Below, piece by piece: positions 9,026 through 19,019 of a stretch of 41,831 nucleotides of DNA. The notes under the pieces are model-generated. The model had not been told where the DNA came from and made no database searches. It worked only from the letters and a program-made list of their open reading frames with translations. Every line of letters starts with the position of its first letter. Positions within the stretch are counted from its first letter, which is position 1. This DNA is from a virus (taxonomy: Duplodnaviria; Caudoviricetes). Made by a program: the position numbers and the translations under genes. The stretch covers positions 1 to 41,831 of the IMG/VR virus record IMGVR_UViG_3300027772_001925; one strand, 5' to 3'.

Positions 9026-9470
9026 CTCAATAGTATATACCGAAGACCAGTTAATGGCTCGTCTTAAATTTTTTATTGGTATTTGTTTAGCACTTACACT
9101 TACTGGTATTGTATTTGTAGTTCTTTACTCCATTATTTTTATTACACAACCATTAAATGCAATAAGTCCTATTGATCAAAAGTTTTTTGAGATGATAATT
9201 CCTATTGCTACTTTCTTAACAGGTACACTAAGTGGCATTATGCTAGCTGGTGGTAGTAAGGAAGAAATGGAAATGAAAAGGGACATGATTAAGCAGGCTC
9301 AAGAAACCTCTAATACATATGCTAAAGCTAATCCTATAAAAGTTGAACCAGCTTTTGCACCAGCAGCTCAAACAAATAGTGGGTTTAATAATACTTCTGC
9401 AGTTAATGCAAATGTAGTTTACATTAATGGTAAACCTGCCCCAGTTCAAGCACCTCAACCGGAGATTTAA
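9015..9470 (+). CDS. Two-TM membrane protein
   Basis: GTG start; two hydrophobic segments. Confidence 0.7.
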   Translation: MENNSIVYTEDQLMARLKFFIGICLALTLTGIVFVVLYSIIFITQPLNAISPIDQKFFEMIIPIATFLTGTLSGIMLAGGSKEEMEMKRDMIKQAQETSNTYAKANPIKVEPAFAPAAQTNSGFNNTSAVNANVVYINGKPAPVQAPQPEI

Positions 9471-9692
9471 ATGGCACCACTTAGTACTATGCTATCTGAC
9501 AGCACGTCTATTAGCAGTAAACGAGTTATTACTTTCCTTGCATTTGTAATGTGCGCAGTCGCTTTTATAGCAATGATACTAGGTCATCCAATAGATACAA
9601 AACTATTTGATTCTATGATGTATATTGTAATTGCAGGATTAGGCTTTACAGCAAGCGAAAAATTCGCATCCAATAAAGAGAGTAAGCAATAA
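9471..9692 (+). CDS. Small two-TM protein, holin candidate
   Basis: SSKR motif, two TMs, charged C-tail, 73 aa, in lysis region. Confidence 0.5.
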   Translation: MAPLSTMLSDSTSISSKRVITFLAFVMCAVAFIAMILGHPIDTKLFDSMMYIVIAGLGFTASEKFASNKESKQ

Positions 9693-9877
9693 TGGATGCA
9701 TACGATTTACATGAAAAATTATTAACAGAGTGGAGACGGCTAGCTTTAATACCAAGCGCAGACTCTGTTAAGAAAACCTATAACGAGGTTCCTGTTTATA
9801 TTAACTTAAATGATAATACGTATACAGTAACTGATGTTATTACTAGAGACGGAAAATTAATTTTGGAGATTGTATGA
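9692..9877 (+). CDS. Hypothetical protein
   Basis: Coupled by overlaps on both sides. Confidence 0.6.
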   Translation: MDAYDLHEKLLTEWRRLALIPSADSVKKTYNEVPVYINLNDNTYTVTDVITRDGKLILEIV

Positions 9878-10122
9878 AGAATATTTTTTGGACATTATGT
9901 TTAGCACTTAGCGTATCTTTTTTACACTGGAATAATGCAGTAGCTGCGGCACCCGCAGCACCGGCAGTAGCACCAACAGCAGCAGCACCGGCAGCGCCTG
10001 TACAAACTAAGAAAGTTTGTGTGGAGCAAAAAGATGCTAAGACTGGCAAAATGAAAGAAGTTTGTAAAGACGTCAAACAGCATAAAAAGCTAGAAGGTAC
10101 TAAAGTACCTGAAAAGAAGTAA
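9874..10122 (+). CDS. Small secreted Ala/Pro- and Lys-rich protein with a Cys pair
   Basis: Signal peptide; KKVC...EVCK. Confidence 0.7.
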   Translation: MKNIFWTLCLALSVSFLHWNNAVAAAPAAPAVAPTAAAPAAPVQTKKVCVEQKDAKTGKMKEVCKDVKQHKKLEGTKVPEKK

Positions 10123-10136
10123 CTTAAACTTAGGCT

Positions 10137-10165
10137 ACCAACGCCTAAGTAGGCGTTGGTTTTTA
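10137..10165 (+). terminator. Rho-independent terminator
   Basis: accaacgccta / taggcgttggt stem plus T tract. Confidence 0.8.
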
Positions 10166-10185
10166 TTAACTAACCAGGTGTAGGT

Positions 10186-10875
10186 ATGGCAAGTTCATCA
10201 GGAAAAAAGGCTCGTAGAGCACAAAGTTCTCAACCAAAAAATCCAATTGAGTTTGGGTTTAGGGATGTTAAACCTTTGAATTTTATTCAAGGAGAGTATT
10301 TAGAAGCTATCAAAAGTAATGAAATTATTTTTGGTATAGGTTCAGCAGGTACAGGAAAAACATTTGTAGCAGCTTCATATGCTGCAGGAGAGCTATTCCA
10401 TAGAAGAATAGAAAAGATTATTTTAACAAGACCTAATGTAGAAACTGGTAGAGGCTTAGGATTCTTACCAGGAGAATTAGAGGAAAAATATGCACCTTAC
10501 TTAGATCCTTTTGACCAAGTATTTAAAAGGTCACTTGGCGCAGGATTTTACGAATACGCTCTAAAAACTAAGACAATAGATCCAAAGCCATTGGGATTTA
10601 TGCGCGGAGCAAGTTTTGAAAACTCTATAATACTAGTAGATGAAGTTCAAAATATGACCAAAACTGAGTTTAAGATGCTGTTGTCTAGAATAGGTAGGAA
10701 CTGTAAAGTTATACTTTCTGGTGATCCAGATCAGACAGATATTCAAGACTCAGGTCTTAAAGATGCCGTTAATAGACTAGAAGGCATACAAGGGATAGAA
10801 GTAGTTAGATTCCTAGATGAAGATATTGTTCGCAGTAGAATGTGTAAACAAATTATAATAGCTTATAGAGAGTAA
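10186..10875 (+). CDS. phoH: PhoH-family ATPase
   Basis: GSAGTGKT Walker A, LTRP, LGFLPG..EK..PY, FMRG, LVDEVQN, LSRIG, SGDPDQTD, DIVRS. Confidence 0.95.
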   Translation: MASSSGKKARRAQSSQPKNPIEFGFRDVKPLNFIQGEYLEAIKSNEIIFGIGSAGTGKTFVAASYAAGELFHRRIEKIILTRPNVETGRGLGFLPGELEEKYAPYLDPFDQVFKRSLGAGFYEYALKTKTIDPKPLGFMRGASFENSIILVDEVQNMTKTEFKMLLSRIGRNCKVILSGDPDQTDIQDSGLKDAVNRLEGIQGIEVVRFLDEDIVRSRMCKQIIIAYRE

Positions 10876-10912
10876 AAAAAGCCCCTATACTGTAAAGTAT
10901 AGGGGCTTTTTT
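10874..10912. terminator. Bidirectional terminator between convergent transcription units
   Basis: A7-gcccctatact / agtataggggc-T6. Confidence 0.9.
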
Positions 10913-11088
10913 CATTCTGCTACTGGTTCAGCAGCATTAATATCAGCAAAGTCTTTAATCATTTTACTAATTAGTGGCTGAGATACTTTAAAAGGTAACT
11001 CACTAAGTGCAGCAATAATCATATTTAACTCATCTTGAGTAAAACTCATACTGTATTTTTTTGGTTCGATTGGTTCTGTTTGTTCCAT
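10912..11088 (-). CDS. Small hypothetical protein (ELNMIIAALSELPFK)
   Basis: Start reassigned to ATG 11088, just after the RNR stop. Confidence 0.6.
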   Translation of the reverse strand: MEQTEPIEPKKYSMSFTQDELNMIIAALSELPFKVSQPLISKMIKDFADINAAEPVAE

Positions 11089-11090
11089 AT

Positions 11091-13055
11091 TTATTTTATA
11101 GGGCAAGCGCCAGTTGAGCAGTCATCCGATACAATTTCATCAAAACTATTTGTATCATCTAAACTAACGGGTTGAAGAAATTTAATGTATTCGTCATAGT
11201 CTTGCTCACTTACTACTTCTTGTGGAAGATATAAATAACCAAGATCTTTAGCTGTCATACTCGGATCAGTACGATAGATAAAACTAACTCCTACATAGCA
11301 ATCCCAGTTATTTAGCAGCCACTGAATAATATCTTCTACTTCATCTAAGGAGTAGGAAATGGTTACTGAAGTGTTCTGCTGAGTCCAGCTGGTCTGGATT
11401 AATTTATACTTCTCTAGCTGTTCTACTGCGGAATCTAAATTTACCTCTTTGCCTTTAACTTTATGAAAAGGAACATCATCCCATCTTACTGGGAAAGTAA
11501 TTAAGACTCCTGAATCATCCGTTGGATGATTAATAACATTATATCCAGCAGCTTTTAGTTTCTCAACTACTGGGTCATACTTTGAGAATTGAACATTATT
11601 AAATATATACTTACCTAGTGGTTTATGAATACCCTCGGTAGTATCCATAATTTTACTTAATGTACCAGAAGGTTTAACACAAGTAATATTTTTAGGACTA
11701 GGTAGGTCAAGCTCATCTGCCATACCAATAGCAGCAGCAGTTGCTGTGCGTTTTAAATATTCGTAATCGTATCCACCCATATCAGGGCGTTTGGCAATAC
11801 CAGTAAGGCCGACACCACACAGACGAAGAAAATAATTATTAAGATGCCAAGATTCTTGAAGGATACCATCATTTAAGTTTACGCAAGTTTGACGATAATT
11901 TGCTCGTGCAGCAAGTCTGATCGCCTCATGTAAGCCTGCAGTATCTCCTTTGAACTTACCAATATCTGTTTCGGTAAGGTTGCAGAAGGATTTATTTCCC
12001 AATAAGATTTCAACGCAGGGATTGCACCCAGAGAACCAGGGGGCTCTGCGGGTAGCTTCCACTGCATTAATGAATCCAGGCTCGCTACCCCCCGCATCTT
12101 CCATGAGATCGAATATTTTTCGAAGGTCTTCATAAAGTGGTTTTTCTTTAAATACTAAACTATTATTAGACTGTTGGCGATGACTATTGTTATGCAACCA
12201 CCAGTCTTTTTTGCCTACTGCAAATTCTTCCCATTCAGGTTGGCCGTATTCAAAAAGTGCAATTTCAGCACTTCTACGACTACTAAGAATAGTACCTAGA
12301 TGGTTAACAATGTCAAGAATATCCATACGAGTAAGCAGACTATCTGCTCTACCATTAAGTATATTAGCAATTGCTACATAAGCTGTACTAATTGCTGAAT
12401 CTCCTGAACTAATCCACCCATAACCTTTTAGTCTATCACCGGCCGGTCGTAACTGTGAAAAATCTAATACTAGTTCTTTGGCAGGGTATTTACCTGCCAT
12501 TAGCTTACCTACTGATTTAGCCCAGGCTTCGGCAGAGTCTCCAACTTGAATAGTCCAGCTTTTAGTTTCTGGATCCCAAGTTTCCGTATTATGCTCATTA
12601 CCGCCCTTGGCAGTACGAGTAGAACGAATTACTCTAATATTCTTGATTGGTTTTGAAAAACCATTTAGTGTGCCTACTACTGGCTTAAATCCAACCCCAC
12701 ATCCTTGTAATAGTAACCATAAACAGTCTACTACATCATAAATTGTTTCTACTTCTGTAAAAGAACAATTAAATTGAGATGCTTCTCTTTTTTGTGCAAC
12801 TGATGTGCCACCTAACCAAAGAGAACGACCGCTCATAGAAACTTTACGATCTAACATTAGCTGTTCTAAATCATATAGTTCAGCAAACTCAAGATCCGTT
12901 AAATCTCTATTAGCGGCCCGTTCCCATAACCACTGTTGGTGGTCTATAACCCTGGAAACTGTTTGCTCCCAGGTTTCAAATTGTTTTCCGTCGTCTGTAA
13001 GTGGTCTGTTGTATGTGCGTCTTGTAATTACTTGTGCTCGTGTTGAGACAGTCAT
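11091..13055 (-). CDS. nrdJ: Class II (adenosylcobalamin-dependent) ribonucleoside-triphosphate reductase, monomeric type
   Basis: RRTYNR..ETW, SGRSLWLGGT, FNCSF, LQGCGVGF, SRRSAEI, NPCVEI, CNLTE, TCVKPSGTLS, C-terminal CSTGACPIK. Confidence 0.93.
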   Translation of the reverse strand: MTVSTRAQVITRRTYNRPLTDDGKQFETWEQTVSRVIDHQQWLWERAANRDLTDLEFAELYDLEQLMLDRKVSMSGRSLWLGGTSVAQKREASQFNCSFTEVETIYDVVDCLWLLLQGCGVGFKPVVGTLNGFSKPIKNIRVIRSTRTAKGGNEHNTETWDPETKSWTIQVGDSAEAWAKSVGKLMAGKYPAKELVLDFSQLRPAGDRLKGYGWISSGDSAISTAYVAIANILNGRADSLLTRMDILDIVNHLGTILSSRRSAEIALFEYGQPEWEEFAVGKKDWWLHNNSHRQQSNNSLVFKEKPLYEDLRKIFDLMEDAGGSEPGFINAVEATRRAPWFSGCNPCVEILLGNKSFCNLTETDIGKFKGDTAGLHEAIRLAARANYRQTCVNLNDGILQESWHLNNYFLRLCGVGLTGIAKRPDMGGYDYEYLKRTATAAAIGMADELDLPSPKNITCVKPSGTLSKIMDTTEGIHKPLGKYIFNNVQFSKYDPVVEKLKAAGYNVINHPTDDSGVLITFPVRWDDVPFHKVKGKEVNLDSAVEQLEKYKLIQTSWTQQNTSVTISYSLDEVEDIIQWLLNNWDCYVGVSFIYRTDPSMTAKDLGYLYLPQEVVSEQDYDEYIKFLQPVSLDDTNSFDEIVSDDCSTGACPIK

Positions 13056-13492
13056 TGCTCCCCTTCTCTAGTTATAAAACTAGCTAATATTTCTTTTTCA
13101 GACCTATTCAAGTTATTAAACATATAGTTATTATCTTCTTTGCAAAGTACTAATGCATCTTGTTCTGAAATTATTCTGCTAGATACTATTGTTTCAGTTA
13201 GGTGTTCTTGCGAAAACTCTTTCGCTTCTTCCATTGTAACCGTATCTAGCGCCCATTCTTTTTTGCCCTTAGGCACTTCAACTAAGTATCTTGTACGAAA
13301 TTGATTAATACACTCTACCAAAACAAGTTCAGTTTCTTGCTTTGATATAATAATAGAACCGTTGTCTTGAACATTCCAATTAATTTTATCACCTGTTTTT
13401 AGTGATAAAGCTTCCAATACCTCAGGTGGCAGAGGTAGCATTAAGTCCCCCGTATCAGGGTCTTCTTCTATATTTACAATCCAGCGGTTCAT
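13052..13492 (-). CDS. Protein with N-terminal AbrB/MazE-like domain
   Basis: GDLMLPLPPEVLEALSLKTGDKINW..DNGSIIISK swapped-hairpin pattern. Confidence 0.65.
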   Translation of the reverse strand: MNRWIVNIEEDPDTGDLMLPLPPEVLEALSLKTGDKINWNVQDNGSIIISKQETELVLVECINQFRTRYLVEVPKGKKEWALDTVTMEEAKEFSQEHLTETIVSSRIISEQDALVLCKEDNNYMFNNLNRSEKEILASFITREGEQ

Positions 13493-13499
13493 GGTATTA

Positions 13500-13745
13500 T
13501 TAAGTTAAATCTATACTGTAGTTAACATCTTCATCTGGAACATCACGAACAATCGTTAGTTCCATCTCGTCAAGATCAAAACCTTCTTCTTCAAATAGTT
13601 CACTAAGGTCAAATGCAGCGGCAGAACCTGCTGTGCCTTGGCCAAGGCGTACATGAGCTACTAATGTATTGATACAATTAATATGATCCTCAGTCAAGCC
13701 TTTAATAGTATAAGTATCGTTTTGTTTATATTTAAGTTCTAACAT
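13500..13745 (-). CDS. Hypothetical acidic protein
   Basis: RBS aagga; fits operon. Confidence 0.6.
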   Translation of the reverse strand: MLELKYKQNDTYTIKGLTEDHINCINTLVAHVRLGQGTAGSAAAFDLSELFEEEGFDLDEMELTIVRDVPDEDVNYSIDLT

Positions 13746-13762
13746 CTTTTATTTCCTTTAAT

Positions 13763-14239
13763 TTAAGTTCCTGTGCTTCCAAATCCACCTTTACCGCGCA
13801 CAGTATCATTCCATGCATCAACAAAGTCTACTAACAAAACTGGCATAATTACTAGTTGAGCAACCCTATCACCACGCTGAATTTTATATGGGTCATCTCC
13901 AGTATTTTTCAAAATTACTTTTATATTACCACGATAATCACTGTCAATAACGCCTACTGAGTGAGGGATAGTAATTCCCTTTTTTCCTTGACTGCTTCTG
14001 TTAAAAACAAAGCCTCCGTAACCCTCTGGAATTTTAACGGCTACTCCTGTATCAACAAGTTTTTGATCTCCAGGATAGATTTCCAAATCTTCTGTGCTTA
14101 CTAAGTCAGCTCCTGCATCTGTTGGATGTGCACGTTTTGGTAGAAATGCGGAATCTTCTACTTTACACTCAATAATTTGATTAACTTTTGTATCCATGTT
14201 GTAGTCGTATTGTTTATTAATATTTACAAATTTACTCAT
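13763..14239 (-). CDS. dut: Trimeric dUTPase
   Basis: DAGADL, RSS, GVIDSDYRG, GDRVAQL, RGKGGFGSTG. Confidence 0.97.
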   Translation of the reverse strand: MSKFVNINKQYDYNMDTKVNQIIECKVEDSAFLPKRAHPTDAGADLVSTEDLEIYPGDQKLVDTGVAVKIPEGYGGFVFNRSSQGKKGITIPHSVGVIDSDYRGNIKVILKNTGDDPYKIQRGDRVAQLVIMPVLLVDFVDAWNDTVRGKGGFGSTGT

Positions 14240-15086
14240 TTAAGTATTCGTCCATTATTTTATTTATTTGTTTACAGTTTTCTACCCCGATAGCTTCTTC
14301 AGAGTTAGTTACTAAATCCATTAGTTTATAGTTTAACATTAAATTATCTGCACCAAATTCATTTAATGCAGAAATATATTTATATTTACTTGAGATAGGT
14401 AGGGCTGATATAATATCATAAGTACTACCATATTCTTCGATTAATTGTACGGCACGTTTTGGTCCTATACCTGGGACGCCCATAACGTTATCGCCACTAT
14501 CGCCAGTAAGACATTTAATACTGATATAATCGTCAACAGAAAAATCATAATGCTCATTCCAGTTATCTACTGTAATCTCTTTACGAGTTACATAGGAAAA
14601 ACGTGATACTCCATCTGTAACAAGTAAGTCCCAGTCTTTATCTGAGCTAATTAACCAAATTTGATCTAAGCTATAGCGTTTACGCTTTGCTACTATATAA
14701 GCGGCAATATCGTCTGCTTCTACTCCCTGAAAACGAACTACAGGAAACTTGCCTTCTTCTTCATACATAGATAAAATCTGTTGTACTTCTGCAAAGAATT
14801 GCTCGAACTCTTGTTGTTCTTCTTCAGTTTGGTTTGCGTATTTATCTTTACGATTCTGTTTGTAAAGTGGATAAATTGCTTTACGATATGAACTTGAGCC
14901 CATATCGCCTGCAATTATAAGTTTTTTAGTTTTATAAGATTTTTGCAGACTCTCGACTGTTCTCATATAGTCAGTAGCAAAATCTACTGCCTTTGAGTGT
15001 TTATATCGAAATGCAAGGTTTAGTGAGTCCAAAATCATTAGCGATTTAGGGTCAGTGTGGTTTATTTGTTCAAATGTTTTTGTCAT
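14232..15086 (-). CDS. Flap endonuclease / 5'-3' exonuclease (T5 D15-like)
   Basis: LNLAFRYKH, YKQNRK, GVEADD, SSDKDW, GDSGDNVMGVPGIGPKRA. Confidence 0.93.
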   Translation of the reverse strand: MTKTFEQINHTDPKSLMILDSLNLAFRYKHSKAVDFATDYMRTVESLQKSYKTKKLIIAGDMGSSSYRKAIYPLYKQNRKDKYANQTEEEQQEFEQFFAEVQQILSMYEEEGKFPVVRFQGVEADDIAAYIVAKRKRYSLDQIWLISSDKDWDLLVTDGVSRFSYVTRKEITVDNWNEHYDFSVDDYISIKCLTGDSGDNVMGVPGIGPKRAVQLIEEYGSTYDIISALPISSKYKYISALNEFGADNLMLNYKLMDLVTNSEEAIGVENCKQINKIMDEYLNE

Positions 15087-15092
15087 ACGAAT

Positions 15093-15121
15093 ATTATATC
15101 AAAATTGACTAGATGTGTCAA
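15093..15121 (-). promoter_or_regulatory. Sigma70-type promoter TTGACA-N17-TATAAT
   Basis: Perfect consensus upstream of the flap endonuclease. Confidence 0.85.
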
Positions 15122-15570
15122 GTGATAAATTTTGGATCCTCGTACTTTACAAAGTCTTCTAGTAAAGAAACATATACTTCATAACCCAATACGCTTATAA
15201 ATATGTATCTATAATCACAAGTTGGCATACACTCAAATGCACAAAATACCTTTGAACGATCATGTTTAAATATAAGTAGAGGAGTTTTATCAACTTGCTT
15301 ACCCTGCCTTACTGCTTGAGACCACCATTCAAAAAATTGAGGGCTCTTGCCTGTAAGAATAGCACTAGTAAGGTGATCTTCTTCATAGTGTTTAACCTCT
15401 ACAGAGTAAAGATTCTTTTCACCAGGAACGTATAGATCACCTTTTAATTGGTGTCTAGGGTCTAGAGCTCCTGATGCAGGTACTCTTTCCCATTTGAGAC
15501 TAGTTAATTGGCGTAACTGATCTCTAATTAGAGTCTCTGCTCGAGCCCCTTTAGCTCTAGGATCAACCAT
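15118..15570 (-). CDS. T5 D14-like PD-(D/E)xK nuclease (Holliday junction resolvase-like)
   Basis: RAKGARAE, VPASGA, KGD, VEVK; T5 synteny. Confidence 0.85.
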   Translation of the reverse strand: MVDPRAKGARAETLIRDQLRQLTSLKWERVPASGALDPRHQLKGDLYVPGEKNLYSVEVKHYEEDHLTSAILTGKSPQFFEWWSQAVRQGKQVDKTPLLIFKHDRSKVFCAFECMPTCDYRYIFISVLGYEVYVSLLEDFVKYEDPKFIT

Positions 15571-17371
15571 TATCTATCCTTGACATATTTCGTTGCTTTA
15601 CTACTTGTAATTTTTCTAGTAAAGGATGTGAGAATCCGTGTGATATTAAGAAAGTATTTAGGCTTTCCTCTTTTAACAAAACTTCAATTAACTTTTCTTT
15701 ACCTTCTGCATCAAGATTTTCTACTGTCTCGTCTAATATTAGTAAATTAGTACGTGAGTTAGAAAGTGTTTGCATAAGTTTGCGAATAGCTAGTAAGGTT
15801 GCTACATTAACACGGGCACGCTCACCACTAGAAAGGGCGAGTATGTCTACGTCATGTCCATTATCTGTAATAACAACATTAAGTTTATCTGATGAAGCTA
15901 TTTTAAATGATAGTTGGAATCTTCCATCAGCTAGTTCAGCTAAATACTCATTTGTAATAGTTTCTAAATCTTTTACTAAACATTCTATTTTATAAGCTAC
16001 AAGACCAGTTGTTGAAAAGGCTTTTACAAGTACTTGTAAATTGGAAAGCTCGGAAGTATGTTTTACTAATTCAGTAGTATACTCAGCAAGCTCTTTACGC
16101 ATATCTTCCATTTGATCGGCTATAACTGTTACTCTGGAATTATGTTCAGCAACAGTTTTATTTTTAGCCCTTACTTTGGAAATTGTACTATTAATCTCAT
16201 TAATAGCTTTTTCTAGGGCCGTAATCTTACTAGAAAGTTCATTTTTATCTAGTACTTCACTGGTCAAGTCATTGTCAATTAAAGCATAGTACTTCTCCCA
16301 CTCAGTAAAATTTTTCTGATAAGATTGATACTTAGAAATCTTACTTTCTAATAATTTAATACTTGCTTTGAAACTAGTAATATCTTGTTCAAGACTTACC
16401 TTATCTACATTAAACTGTTCTACTAAACTAAACATGGTGCTATTATCCATATCCTGAGAACAGGTAGGGCATTTAATAGTAGGTCCGGAACATTTCTTAG
16501 ATAGTGCAATACCTTCTTTTAATTGATACTCTTTATTAGCTAGTTTTGTTTTTAGTTCTGCTAATATTGTTTCATTAACTTTTTCAGGAACTGGGTCATC
16601 AACAACTATATTGGATAAAACCTGTTTATAGGTATTATTCTGAACTATTTTTTTATTAGTAGACTCAATGTTAGATAGTTCATGTTTTAACAAAGTTGCT
16701 TCTGATACTAGTTCACTAGGAGCCGTAGGCTCTTCTTCTAGTTCTTTTAGAGAAAGGTCTTCTTTTTCATACTTTGATAACCAACTACGTACTGTTGTTA
16801 ATTTAGCCTGCACAGAATCTACTTGTTTATTAGCTTCTGATGAAAGCTCTTTAAACCTCTCTGAAGCCCTAGTATATATAGATAGATTTAATAACTCTAT
16901 TAAGAACTTTTTTCTAGCTGTATCAGTAGCAGTCAAAAATTCTAGACTAGAAACACTACTTTGGTATACTATCTGACTAAAGGTTTTATGGTCAAAACCA
17001 ATAATGCCTTCTATTTGTTTATAAGTATTAGTACTAGTATGACTACTAATATCTTTACCATCTTTCAATAGTTTTACTGTTGCAGATGCTGTGGCTCTAG
17101 AAGTTTTAATTGTGTAATCTGAACCATCTTTAGAAAAGTCTAATTCAATACTGTAACTTTTATCAGAACTGTACCTATTAAGTATATCTGCTTTTTTTAT
17201 TTTTTTGGAGTTCTGATTATATAATATTTCTTCTAATATTAGTGCAATAGAGCTTTTACCATGACCGTTTTTACCAACAATTTGGGTAAGCGGTGCAATG
17301 TCTAATTTAATAGTATTATTTAATCCATATGAGAAAGCATTACCCCATCTAATTTCTTTAAATGTAATCAT
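15563..17371 (-). CDS. SbcC/Rad50-like recombination ATPase (T5 D13-like)
   Basis: GKNGHGKS, CPTC zinc hook, LSSGE signature, LILDE, ISH. Confidence 0.93.
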   Translation of the reverse strand: MITFKEIRWGNAFSYGLNNTIKLDIAPLTQIVGKNGHGKSSIALILEEILYNQNSKKIKKADILNRYSSDKSYSIELDFSKDGSDYTIKTSRATASATVKLLKDGKDISSHTSTNTYKQIEGIIGFDHKTFSQIVYQSSVSSLEFLTATDTARKKFLIELLNLSIYTRASERFKELSSEANKQVDSVQAKLTTVRSWLSKYEKEDLSLKELEEEPTAPSELVSEATLLKHELSNIESTNKKIVQNNTYKQVLSNIVVDDPVPEKVNETILAELKTKLANKEYQLKEGIALSKKCSGPTIKCPTCSQDMDNSTMFSLVEQFNVDKVSLEQDITSFKASIKLLESKISKYQSYQKNFTEWEKYYALIDNDLTSEVLDKNELSSKITALEKAINEINSTISKVRAKNKTVAEHNSRVTVIADQMEDMRKELAEYTTELVKHTSELSNLQVLVKAFSTTGLVAYKIECLVKDLETITNEYLAELADGRFQLSFKIASSDKLNVVITDNGHDVDILALSSGERARVNVATLLAIRKLMQTLSNSRTNLLILDETVENLDAEGKEKLIEVLLKEESLNTFLISHGFSHPLLEKLQVVKQRNMSRIDNG

Positions 17372-18324
17372 TCTGTAGTAATCTTATCCAAATTATTATT
17401 TAAAACCTGCACTATATTTTCTACTGTAGAGTCAGGTAATTGCAGAATATATAATAAATATTCTTTCAATTCAGCAGCTAAAGTCATACTAGGGTCTAAA
17501 ATTAGGGCAGTCTCTGTCTCTCTGCGCACTATCTTTTTATCTATTAGACTATTGTCCTCCATGGCGCCCAGCTCACTCATGTCGCCTTCAACTTCGTAAA
17601 TGGTATGGTCATAGGTAGTAGCTGGCATTTCTTCGCCTGCTTTTATAGTTTTACGAATAAGCTGTGGTAACTTTAACTTTCTCCACTCATGCTCTAAACT
17701 ATTAGTATCAAGTATGATAACGCCGGTATCTACATTATTACGATGAAAACTAGTAGTAGCAGGACTTCCAGGGTAGAGGATATTTCTTTGCGAATTCTCA
17801 TAACTATGTAAGTCTCCAGCTAAAACAACTTTCCATCTGTCAAATAGCTCTAAGTCTAGCTCTGGCTTTACATGGGGCGGTATCTCGCCTCTAACATGTG
17901 TAAAACAAATATCTCCATGTACTAAGTGTGGAGCATTTTCAAATTCTTTTAATTTATTATATGGAATAAAATCCATATTATCAATAGAATAGTAGTCATC
18001 AATAACTGTAACAAGTTTATTAAGTCTTTGAGTACTACGTTTAAGACTAGTAAAGAAAGTGGTGTCTTTCTTTAAAGCTTCGTGATTTCCCGCATATATA
18101 ATGCAAGGTATCTTAATAGACGATACTAGATCAAAATAAACTTCTAGTTCATCCATTGTTGGCATACGATCAAATACGTCGCCACCTAATACTAACAGAT
18201 CACACTCCTGTTGAATATCGCCTAGTTGTTGTATGAATAAATCATAACGATCCTGGGCCCAAGGTATAGGAACATTTTTTTGACCTAGTTTAATATGAAT
18301 ATCAGCTGTAAATAAAACTTTCAT
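17368..18324 (-). CDS. SbcD/Mre11-like nuclease (T5 D12-like)
   Basis: ADIH, GGDVFD, GNHE, GDLH, YPGSP. Confidence 0.93.
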   Translation of the reverse strand: MKVLFTADIHIKLGQKNVPIPWAQDRYDLFIQQLGDIQQECDLLVLGGDVFDRMPTMDELEVYFDLVSSIKIPCIIYAGNHEALKKDTTFFTSLKRSTQRLNKLVTVIDDYYSIDNMDFIPYNKLKEFENAPHLVHGDICFTHVRGEIPPHVKPELDLELFDRWKVVLAGDLHSYENSQRNILYPGSPATTSFHRNNVDTGVIILDTNSLEHEWRKLKLPQLIRKTIKAGEEMPATTYDHTIYEVEGDMSELGAMEDNSLIDKKIVRRETETALILDPSMTLAAELKEYLLYILQLPDSTVENIVQVLNNNLDKITTE

Positions 18325-18335
18325 GATTTGTAGTC

Positions 18336-18370
18336 AAAAAAGCCCCTAAGCTGTTGAGACTTAGGGGCTT
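18336..18370 (-). terminator. Rho-independent terminator
   Basis: aagcccctaag / cttaggggctt stem with U tract on the minus strand. Confidence 0.8.
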
Positions 18371-18375
18371 GTATA

Positions 18376-19017
18376 TTAAGCTGTTAAATCGCTAACTGCT
18401 TCGGAATCAGTAGCAGGATCTTCCTCAGCTACAGCTCCATTAACGATGCGCTCTAATGTAGCTTTTACTTCTTCGGCAGTTTGACGTGGGTACTTAACAT
18501 CAATGCTTTCAGAAGCTGCTACAGCCTCTTTTTCTTCGGCAGTAAGTGGGCGTTTTTTACAACGCAGTACTGATAAAGTATACTCTACATTGAATGGTAG
18601 TGGCCCAGTCTTAACGCGTTTGAATACAACATCCCAACCTGTATCAGGATCAGTAGGATCGCCCAAGTCTTCTGCTGCTGAGCACACTTGCTCAAATAGC
18701 TTCTTTTTCAGATTAAGAATTTTTACTTTTCCATCTTTAAGATCAATACAGTTTGCACTGTAAGACCAAGAACATTTCTTATCTGAGAAGTACTCTGGAA
18801 CATGGTCATGTTCTTTATTATTGAATTTTTCAGCATCACGATCAAATGCTAAGCACTCAACTGGAATATCTTTTCCATTAGTGCCCTTTAACCAATAAAC
18901 ATAACGGGGTAAAATTCCCCCAATCAAACGTACTGTATTTTCTCCGTCTTTGTATTCAAAGGCGTCAAAAGATTTTTTAACTGCTTTGCCTTTAGTTGCT
19001 GTAAATGCTAATGCCAT
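18376..19017 (-). CDS. T5 D11-like single-stranded DNA-binding protein
   Basis: ILPRYVYW, ECLAFDR, GDPTDPDTGWDVVFKR..TGP; acidic tail; synteny. Confidence 0.8.
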   Translation of the reverse strand: MALAFTATKGKAVKKSFDAFEYKDGENTVRLIGGILPRYVYWLKGTNGKDIPVECLAFDRDAEKFNNKEHDHVPEYFSDKKCSWSYSANCIDLKDGKVKILNLKKKLFEQVCSAAEDLGDPTDPDTGWDVVFKRVKTGPLPFNVEYTLSVLRCKKRPLTAEEKEAVAASESIDVKYPRQTAEEVKATLERIVNGAVAEEDPATDSEAVSDLTA

Positions 19018-19019
19018 TT

